From assembly GCA_002011035.2 (NCBI GenBank), contig MTLY02000001.1, positions 471,546 to 535,545 of the forward strand: 64,000 bases of DNA. The letters are read 5' to 3'. Made by a program: the position numbers and the translations under genes. This document shows positions 57,025 to 64,000 of the stretch, piece by piece. This stretch comes from Candidatus Hecatella orcuttiae (lineage in GTDB: Archaea; Thermoproteota; Bathyarchaeia; Hecatellales; Hecatellaceae). The notes under the pieces were generated by a model that saw only the letters and a list, made by a program, of their open reading frames with translations, searched no databases and had not been told where the DNA came from. Each line of letters opens with the position of its first letter. Within the stretch, counting starts at the first letter, position 1.

Positions 57025-58352
57025 CAGCTCTCACCTCGAAGGTAGGCTGCAATCGCCCTTGCAGCCTTTTTCCCGTCACCCACAGCGCGCACCACGGTGT
57101 TGTCGTAGCTGACTAGGTCTCCGCCTGCGAACACGCCTTTTCGACTTGTCATCATGTTATCGTCTACTTTCACCTTGCCATAACGGTCTAATTCAATCCC
57201 GTTGCGGACATAGAATTCTGGTGAAAGTTTCGACCCGAGAGCGAGAACCAAACAATCGAATTCCGTGTGGTAGGTTGCCCCTTCCACTGGAACAGGTTTC
57301 CTCCTTCCAGACTCGTCAGCTTCCTCCAACCTCATAACTTGGCATTTCGCTCGGTAGTTTCCTTTTCCAGTGGGGAGGAATTCCACCACGGTTGTGAGCA
57401 GTTTAAAATTAACACCTTCAGCCATCGCAGCTTCAACCATCCTCCGCTCCGCAGGCATCTCAGCGAAGGTTCTCCGATAGATCACCGTGCACTCTCCACC
57501 GAGTCTGACAGCAGTTCGGGCAACGTCGAAAGCAACGTCACCGCCGCCTACCACACCCACTTTTTTACTCTTCAGAAACCCAAGTGCACCCTCATCTGCC
57601 ATGCGCAGAAACTGACTTGCGCTGAAAACACCTTCCAGGGGGCCTTGGAGAGGATATTCTATGTCAACATCTAAGCCGCATCCTAAGAACACAGCATCAA
57701 ACTCACCTTCCAACGCAGCCAAGTCAACAACCTCTGAGCCGTATCGGAGGTCTATCCCGCTTTTGACTGCAAAGTCTACTTCACTTTTAACGATTTCTCG
57801 GGGAGCGCGGAAGGGGGGAATACCCCAAGATGGAATACCGCCAGCCTTTTTCTGTTTCTCGAAAACCGTAACTCTATAACCCATCTTCCTGAGTTCGAAG
57901 GCGCAAGCCAAACCCGCCGGCCCAGCTCCCACCACGGCGACTTTCTGAGGGTGTTCTTCGGGAACGGTGACTTCTTTTTTCCAGTTTTTCTCTTCCCAGT
58001 CGGCGGCGAAACGTTGGAGGGAGTGAATGTTTATGGCACTGTCTATTTTCTTTCTGGTGCATTCTCCTTCGCACAGCCTGTCCACAGGGCATACTCGGGC
58101 GCATAGGCCTCCGAACAAGTTTTCCTCTTTTATCTTCTGCGCCGCCCCAGCGAAGTCTCGCTCCTTTATCCGCCGGATGAAAACAGGAATATCGATGTTC
58201 GCGGGGCAGTTCTTTCGGCAGGGCGGCTCATAACATTGGAAACACCGGGAGGCTTCCTGTAAGGCGGCATCAATGGACATTGCCGGTTCGACCTCATGAA
58301 AGTAACTCTCATCCGGCTTGTTCTCAAGCTTCGGGGATATTTTCTTCCCCAC
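57024..58352 (-). CDS. preT: PreT/GltD-like FAD/Fe-S NAD(P)H subunit
   Basis: EASRCFQC..PPC..NCP, CARVCP...LCEGEC, GAGPAGL and GVFAGGD motifs; coupled to preA. Confidence 0.88.
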   Translation of the reverse strand: MGKKISPKLENKPDESYFHEVEPAMSIDAALQEASRCFQCYEPPCRKNCPANIDIPVFIRRIKERDFAGAAQKIKEENLFGGLCARVCPVDRLCEGECTRKKIDSAINIHSLQRFAADWEEKNWKKEVTVPEEHPQKVAVVGAGPAGLACAFELRKMGYRVTVFEKQKKAGGIPSWGIPPFRAPREIVKSEVDFAVKSGIDLRYGSEVVDLAALEGEFDAVFLGCGLDVDIEYPLQGPLEGVFSASQFLRMADEGALGFLKSKKVGVVGGGDVAFDVARTAVRLGGECTVIYRRTFAEMPAERRMVEAAMAEGVNFKLLTTVVEFLPTGKGNYRAKCQVMRLEEADESGRRKPVPVEGATYHTEFDCLVLALGSKLSPEFYVRNGIELDRYGKVKVDDNMMTSRKGVFAGGDLVSYDNTVVRAVGDGKKAARAIAAYLRGES

Positions 58353-58450
58353 TCCATCTTCCCCCTTCCAGCATGGATGTTTGGTTCATGGAATAAATTT
58401 CCCCCTGTATTATTTAATCTCTAGGAGCGGAGGGTTGAAGCCTCCGGAAA

Positions 58451-59719
58451 TCACTGCTCTGCATTCAATATTTTTCTCTTAAACTCCTCGATGTCAGGTT
58501 TGATGGTGGGCACTTCGCCTTCCATTTTCATCGTAGCCTCAGGGTCTTTCAGCCCACTCCCTGTGATGAGCGCCACCACAGTTTCATCCTTTTCTATGAC
58601 GCCTTTCTCCGCAAGTTTAATCAGCCCAGCCAGCGAGGCTACTCCGGAAGGTTCAGCGAAGACTCCTTCTAGGGAGGCTAGAAGTTTCTGAGCCTTGAGT
58701 ATATCCTCATCCGGAACTTCCTCCGCCGTGCCTGACTTCTTCAGAACATTCAACGCCACATCCGCATCCCATGGGAAAACATCCGCCAACCCTCCAGCTA
58801 CGGTGCGGGGGTTCTTCCATGGTTCAAGCTCCCGGAGCGATTTTTTCTCCCTGAAAGCCTTCACCAAAGGAGCGCAGCCTGTGGACTGAATGGCGGCCAG
58901 TTTCGGCATGAAGTCGATGAAACCTATCTCTTTAAAGTCTCTAAACCCCTTCCAGACTCCTGCAAAAAGGCAGGCTGAGCCTACGGGGATTATTATCCAG
59001 TCAGGCAGCTTCCAGCCTAACTGCTCAGCTATCTCGTAGGATATGGTCTTCGGCCCCTCAACTTGGTATGGGTTGAAAGGCCCGAAGCTGGGGCAGGGAT
59101 ACCATCCGTACTCCTCAATAACCTTCTGGAGCATTTGGACGGTAGGGTCCTTTCCCTCCTCCGCAGGCTTTACCTTCACCACCCGGGTTCCGTGGAGGCG
59201 GATCTGGGCGATTTTGGCCGTGGAGGCGGACTCTAAAACGAAGGCGAAACATTTCAACCCTGCTTTAGCCGAATACGCAGCCAAGGAAGCCGCCGCGTTT
59301 CCACTGGAGGCTGTTGCCACGGTTCTGACTCCGAACTCCACAGCCTTGGATACGCCCACCGTCATCGAGCGGTCTTTAAAAGACCCTGTGGGGTTTCTTG
59401 TTTCATCCTTCAGGTAAAGGTTTCTCAAACCGATTTTTTCACCGAGGCTCTCCGCCTTCAAAAGCGGACTGCCTCCCTCGTTCAAGGTAACGGCGTTCTT
59501 TTCGCTTTTGAGGGGGAGAAATTCGAAATATTTCCATAGAAAGGGAGCCCGCTCGGCTAGGTTCTTTTTGCTCACTTTTTCAGCGATGGCGGAGTAGTCG
59601 TAGTCTAGGTCAAGGCGGCCGCCGTCTTTTTTCAGGCACATGTAAACCTTTTCATCTGGAGAGTAATCTCTCCCGCAGGCAGAGCATCTCATTCTGGTAA
59701 CGAAGGCCATCTGTTTCAC
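58451..59719 (-). CDS. thrC: Threonine-synthase-like fold-II PLP enzyme
   Basis: NPTGSFKDR, ASSGNAAASLA, EGPKT, EG.FAEP and TGSGLKD motifs. Confidence 0.8.
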   Translation of the reverse strand: MKQMAFVTRMRCSACGRDYSPDEKVYMCLKKDGGRLDLDYDYSAIAEKVSKKNLAERAPFLWKYFEFLPLKSEKNAVTLNEGGSPLLKAESLGEKIGLRNLYLKDETRNPTGSFKDRSMTVGVSKAVEFGVRTVATASSGNAAASLAAYSAKAGLKCFAFVLESASTAKIAQIRLHGTRVVKVKPAEEGKDPTVQMLQKVIEEYGWYPCPSFGPFNPYQVEGPKTISYEIAEQLGWKLPDWIIIPVGSACLFAGVWKGFRDFKEIGFIDFMPKLAAIQSTGCAPLVKAFREKKSLRELEPWKNPRTVAGGLADVFPWDADVALNVLKKSGTAEEVPDEDILKAQKLLASLEGVFAEPSGVASLAGLIKLAEKGVIEKDETVVALITGSGLKDPEATMKMEGEVPTIKPDIEEFKRKILNAEQ

Positions 59720-59800
59720 ATCTTCAACCTGAGTTGACGTTGAGGGTTAAAAAATAGGAAACACTCTTAAATCTTAACCCGACACTTGCCTTTCCCGGGT

Positions 59801-61195
59801 TTACAGCGGCTTCAACGGGACTCCAAAATCAACGAGTTCTTTTTTCACCTTGTCGTAGATTTCCCGCCACTCCTTTGTAGGCTTCAAAGTCTTGAGGTCA
59901 AAGCATTCGGTGAAACTCTTTCCATCGGGCGGAGCGGCCAGTTTGGCTTCATATCGAGGGATGAAGACTTTTGCGATCTCGTTGGCTTCCCCCAGCTTCA
60001 TGCCCGCGGAGCCTTTGAGCACCTCTCCGCAGAATTTGCACTCTAAGGGACTCACGTAATTGGTGAGCCTTCCTCCAGCTGAACGGGGACCGACGGCGTA
60101 GCTAGCTCCGGAGGCGGAGATGCATATCATGCTCACCGCCGACTCGTAGAGAAGCATCTCAGTGCAAGGGCCTGCCACTTGATTAGGCCCCGACATGACT
60201 AGGATGTGAGTGTTCCGTGAAAGAGCCTGGCAGCCGATGCTGGTCGTCCAGATGCCCTCCCGGCCGCAGTTACCCGAGTATCTGATGTCCATGCATCCCA
60301 CGTAGCCTGTTAGGCTTCGGTGGACCAGCAAATTCAACAAGGCGCAAGCGATGGACGCTACAGCGGCACCTTCCGCCCCGCCCGCATAGCCCCCGATCAT
60401 GGACCACGTTCCCGCGTGAATGATTCCTCCGCAGTTGAGGGTGTGAACCACCTTATGCATGGCGTGGTAGGTGGTTTTAAGCTCAGGAGGGAAGAGAATT
60501 AAAGCCAAGTTCCCCGGCCTGTAGCCACCTGGGATACCGTATCCTCCAAGCTGTCCGTAGGCTGTGGGGCTGGTTATGACCGCCTGAAACCCTATTCCCG
60601 GCCTGCCGGCTCTCCAAACAGCTTCCTGGTGCATCTGTGCCTGAAGCCGGGCTGCCAGCGTTTCGAAGGGCGTCCCTGCCAGCACACGCTTGCCGAACAC
60701 CGTTTCAAGAGAAGGCCCTTCGATGATGTCCACTTCCCTATGTTGCGCTATTCCTTGGGTTAGGGGGATGAACAGTTCCTCGGAAACCGTTATGCCGAAG
60801 GGTGCGCACCAAACCGGAGGATAACCGTCTCCGGGCTGCCTGCTCTTCATAACCACCCTGTCTAAGCCTTCGCCCAACACGGCTTCTTTCGGCGCTGTTC
60901 TGACGGCTTCCCGCAGCTCCTCCTCGTCTACTTTTATCACTCTCTCAGTGTCTTGGCATAGCATTCCCGCGTCTACCGCTAAGTCGAATCCTGCCCGCCA
61001 AAACGAATCAGCCAAGCCGCCGTCGGTGTTGACGAGGTTGGCGGGGTCGTAGACTTTTTGGATGCCGTAGGCTCTCAGTTTTTCCGCTATCTTAGCCGGT
61101 ATGACTTTAAAGTTCCAGTCCTTAACGGTGCAGAACGGTCCGTTGTGGGCGCGGTCGAGGATTGGTAAGTAAATATGAGACATGAGTTTCCTCAC
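59801..61195 (-). CDS. mtmB: MtmB-family corrinoid methyltransferase, pyrrolysine-free (copy 2)
   Basis: DRAHNGP, AGRPGIGFQAV (Gln at the Pyl site), IGGYAGGAEG and AGPCTEMLLYE. Confidence 0.87.
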   Translation of the reverse strand: MRKLMSHIYLPILDRAHNGPFCTVKDWNFKVIPAKIAEKLRAYGIQKVYDPANLVNTDGGLADSFWRAGFDLAVDAGMLCQDTERVIKVDEEELREAVRTAPKEAVLGEGLDRVVMKSRQPGDGYPPVWCAPFGITVSEELFIPLTQGIAQHREVDIIEGPSLETVFGKRVLAGTPFETLAARLQAQMHQEAVWRAGRPGIGFQAVITSPTAYGQLGGYGIPGGYRPGNLALILFPPELKTTYHAMHKVVHTLNCGGIIHAGTWSMIGGYAGGAEGAAVASIACALLNLLVHRSLTGYVGCMDIRYSGNCGREGIWTTSIGCQALSRNTHILVMSGPNQVAGPCTEMLLYESAVSMICISASGASYAVGPRSAGGRLTNYVSPLECKFCGEVLKGSAGMKLGEANEIAKVFIPRYEAKLAAPPDGKSFTECFDLKTLKPTKEWREIYDKVKKELVDFGVPLKPL

Positions 61196-61205
61196 ACGGA
61201 GTTAT

Positions 61206-62594
61206 TCACTCTACAGGGATTCCGAGGTCTATGATTTCCCTCTTTACCTTGTCGTAGATTTCCCGCCACTCCTTTGTAGGCTTCAAAGTCTTGAGGTCAA
61301 AGCATTCGGTGAACTTTTTCCCCAGGGGGGGGTGGAACAATCTATTTTCATATTTTGGGAGGAGGGCCTTAGCAATGTCGTTAGCGGTCTTACGTTTCAT
61401 CCCCGCGCAGGACTTGAAAACTTCAGCGCAAAACTTAGCCTCCAGCGGGCTGATGTAGTTGGAGTACTTACCCCCCGCCGACCGCGGGCCTATGGCCATG
61501 CTGGCGCTGGAGACGGAGATACTCATCATGCCCACCGCCGACTCGTAGAGAAGCATCTCAGTGCAAGGGCCTGCCACCTGGTTGATAATAGCCTCAGTCA
61601 GAAGGTGAGTGTTTCGACCTAAAGCTTGAAAAACAACGCTGTTAGCCCAAAGGGCTTCTCTTCCGCAGTTGCCAAAGTACCGGAGGTCATAGGCTCCGCA
61701 GCCGCCGTAAACAGCCTGATGAACAGGCCTCTCTAGGATGAAGATGGCTATGGCCGAGATGATGGAGCCTTCCGGGGAGCCGGAGTACCCTCCGATCATG
61801 GACCACGAACCGGTCCTGATGATTCCCCCGCAGTTGATGGCGTGGACCACCTTATGCAGACATGAATAGGATGTCTTCAACTCCGAGGGGAAGAGCACTA
61901 TAGCCACATCGGTAGGCTTGTATCCTCCGACCACACCGTATCCTCCGAACTGCCCGTACTCGGTGGGGCTGGTGATCACGGCTCCCGCAGCCATCCCCGG
62001 CCTGCCGGCTCTCCGAATTACTTCTTGGTGCATCTTGGCTTGCAGGTAGCCCGCCAGTGTCTCGTAGGGAGTTCGAGAAATAATCGGCCTGCCGTACACG
62101 GTTTCCAAGGTAGGCCCCTCCAGCATGTCTATCACCCTGTACTGCGCCACGCCCAGCATGAGGGGAACCCAAAGGTCTTCGGAGATGCCTATTCCCAACG
62201 TGGAGGCGTAGATGGGGACCTTCTCGTCTTCCGGCTTCCGGGCTCTCATGGTGAACCTATCCAAGCCCTCTCCCAAGGTGAGCTCGCTGGGGGAGTCCTT
62301 GAGGGCTTCCTTCAGCTCCTCTTCGGTGAACCTCACTACCCTGCCTGTGTCCGAGCACAGCATTCCCGTTTCAACAGCGAATTCGAAGCCTGCTCTGTAA
62401 AAATCATCCGCAAGACCGTCGTCGCAGTTGATGGGGTTATCCTTATCAAAGGTTTTGCTGAGCCCATGTTCTTTGAGCTTCTGGAGAACTCCTTCGCCTA
62501 TGACTTTGATATCCCAATCTCTCTCCGTGCAAACAGGGCCTGTGCACGTGCGGTCTAAGACTTCCAGAATACCGGGCGGAATCGACATGGACAT
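61206..62594 (-). CDS. mtmB: MtmB-family corrinoid methyltransferase, pyrrolysine-free (copy 3)
   Basis: LADDFYRAG, AGRPGMAAGAV (Gly at the Pyl site) and AGPCTEMLLYE. Confidence 0.87.
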   Translation of the reverse strand: MSMSIPPGILEVLDRTCTGPVCTERDWDIKVIGEGVLQKLKEHGLSKTFDKDNPINCDDGLADDFYRAGFEFAVETGMLCSDTGRVVRFTEEELKEALKDSPSELTLGEGLDRFTMRARKPEDEKVPIYASTLGIGISEDLWVPLMLGVAQYRVIDMLEGPTLETVYGRPIISRTPYETLAGYLQAKMHQEVIRRAGRPGMAAGAVITSPTEYGQFGGYGVVGGYKPTDVAIVLFPSELKTSYSCLHKVVHAINCGGIIRTGSWSMIGGYSGSPEGSIISAIAIFILERPVHQAVYGGCGAYDLRYFGNCGREALWANSVVFQALGRNTHLLTEAIINQVAGPCTEMLLYESAVGMMSISVSSASMAIGPRSAGGKYSNYISPLEAKFCAEVFKSCAGMKRKTANDIAKALLPKYENRLFHPPLGKKFTECFDLKTLKPTKEWREIYDKVKREIIDLGIPVE

Positions 62595-62704
62595 AGACTA
62601 TCGCCCATACAAGTTATTCTTTATCGACTTGAAGGGGATCGCTGTCGTGTTTGTTTAAAAAGTTTATGGCAACTGATGACCAGCTGGTTAATGCTGCATC
62701 CCGG

Positions 62705-63760
62705 CTACTCGATGATTTCCCATCGGCTCTGATACTTGTCAAGCTCACGCACCGTGTAGGGGTCCATGGGATGTTCCCGCTCCGGGATCTCTACCTCTTT
62801 CATTTCCCCGCAGAGTTTGGTTGAAAAATATCTCAGCCCGTTGTCGTTGATCATGGTAACAATTCTTTTAAATTCAGGGTGGCGGTCTGCAACCTTAAGC
62901 GCCGCGGCTATGTTGCATCCGGAGGAAATTCCGCAGAACAGACCTTCCTCAACTGCTAACCTCTTCGCCATCTCTATGGCCTCCTCGGAAGTGGTAGTTA
63001 CAACCCCATTCAGCAAGCTGAGGTCCAAGTTGCGGGGGACAAAGCCGTCGCCGATGCCTTCTATCTCATGGGAGCCCCACCGTCGCTTCGACAGCAGCGG
63101 AGCCTCCGTGGGCTCCACAGCATACAAGGCTACGTGAGGGTTTTTCTCCCTCAGAAACCTGCCAACCCCTGTCAGTGTTCCCCCGGTTCCTTGGGATGCG
63201 ACGAAACAGTCCACTCGGCCTCCTGTTTGCTCCCATATCTCCGGGCCCGTCGTCTTATAGTGGCTGTTGGCGTTGTCAGGGTTGCTGAACTGCTCCGGCA
63301 CCCAGTATTTTCCAGGGTGCTCTTTTTTCAATTCGCTTATTTTTTCTAGGCACAGGTCCACGTCGCTTTCAGCTCCGGGCGTGTGAATTATGTTTGCTCC
63401 ATAGGAGCGGATGATCTTCATTCGCTCCTGGCTCATTCCCTCAGGCATGACGATAGTGACCTTATAGCCTAGCATCCCTCCCACAAAGGCGCAGGAGATG
63501 CCTGCGTTCCCCGTTGAGGCTTCGAGGATTTCCATCCCCGGCTTCAGCTCGCCGGATTCGATGGCCTTGGTGATCATTTCATAGTAGATTCTGTCCTTTA
63601 GACTGCCGGTTGGGTTGAAGAATTCCAGTTTAACCAAGATTTCGTTTCCCCCTTTTGGACGGATGCGATTCAGCTTGTACATGGGCGTCATGCCGATGAG
63701 CTGAAATATGCTGTCAGCCGCACTTTTTCTAGCCTCCCAAGGAATTTTTCTTTCCGTCAA
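62705..63760 (-). CDS. Cysteine-synthase-family fold-II PLP enzyme
   Basis: KLEFFNPTGSLKDR, EASTGNAG, QFSNPDN, GTGGT, IEGIG and GISSG motifs. Confidence 0.85.
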   Translation of the reverse strand: MTERKIPWEARKSAADSIFQLIGMTPMYKLNRIRPKGGNEILVKLEFFNPTGSLKDRIYYEMITKAIESGELKPGMEILEASTGNAGISCAFVGGMLGYKVTIVMPEGMSQERMKIIRSYGANIIHTPGAESDVDLCLEKISELKKEHPGKYWVPEQFSNPDNANSHYKTTGPEIWEQTGGRVDCFVASQGTGGTLTGVGRFLREKNPHVALYAVEPTEAPLLSKRRWGSHEIEGIGDGFVPRNLDLSLLNGVVTTTSEEAIEMAKRLAVEEGLFCGISSGCNIAAALKVADRHPEFKRIVTMINDNGLRYFSTKLCGEMKEVEIPEREHPMDPYTVRELDKYQSRWEIIE

Positions 63761-63862
63761 CCTTCATCCCGCCTTAGCTAAGAGTTTTAATTCGCATACG
63801 GACAGCTATAAACCTTCACATAGAAAGAATTTAAAATAAACCATCCTCGACAGCTCTATTTT

Positions 63863-63876
63863 GAAAAAGCTTAAAT
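63863..63876 (+). promoter_or_regulatory. Putative BRE/TATA promoter of the Xdh-like gene
   Basis: GAAAAAGCTTAAAT about 35 nt before ATG 63911. Confidence 0.4.
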
Positions 63877-63910
63877 CCCCATCAACTCAGTTCTTTAATG
63901 TGAAAAAATT

Positions 63911-64000
63911 ATGGCTGAATTCTCTTACGTCAACAAGAGTGTTGTTCGGTTTGATGGTTTGGAGAAGGCTACGGGTCGGGCTGTTTTTGTGGGGGATTTG
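63911..64000 (+). CDS. Start of a xanthine-dehydrogenase-family molybdopterin subunit (runs off the window end)
   Basis: MAEFSYVNKSVVRFDGLEKATGRAVFVGDL resembles the KSV.R.D..EK.TG.A.F..DL N-terminus of XdhA/CoxL proteins; only 30 codons visible. Confidence 0.65.
   Translation, partial: MAEFSYVNKSVVRFDGLEKATGRAVFVGDL

Noticed and set aside
41253-62594. Pyrrolysine recoding or methylamine methanogenesis
   Set aside because: All three mtmB-like frames are open without an in-frame TAG, and no pyl or mcr genes are in the window.

Overview
Archaeal chromosomal window. Archaeal-type uL3/uL4/uL23/uL2/uS19, a BHB-intron tRNA and frequent TTG/GTG starts suggest a TACK archaeon, probably Bathyarchaeia (inference). 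It has three parts. (1) 1-20 kb: the ribosomal S10 cluster (SPOUT-rpl3-rpl4-rpl23 // rpl2-rps19) is split by a ~12.8 kb, AT-richer, partly decayed island encoding NifB/NifX-like, DUF134, DUF5320-like, Fe-S MinD-type ATPase, radical SAM, DUF364 and ModA-like proteins. (2) 20-34 kb: housekeeping genes (purB, prs, Trm11-type methylase, rnz), a MerT-HMA/ArsR unit, a PLD-CAP surface protein and a two-intron tRNA-Pro(GGG). (3) 34.6-64 kb: a ~30 kb catabolic cluster. It holds a nucleoside-type ABC importer, two paralogous deaminase-like amidohydrolases, SsnA-like and HydA-like hydrolases, two YgeW-like carbamoyltransferases, carbamate kinase, PreTA-like reductase, W-AOR, two fold-II PLP enzymes and the start of an Xdh-family subunit. 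These are interleaved with three pyrrolysine-free MtmB-family methyltransferases, a corrinoid protein and a URO-D/MT2-family methyltransferase. The best candidate for an undescribed system is an archaeal anaerobic pathway that degrades N-methylated purines or related ureides, captures the methyl groups on a corrinoid and conserves the ureido groups as carbamoyl phosphate and ATP. All family assignments come from motif recognition by eye; no searches were run.
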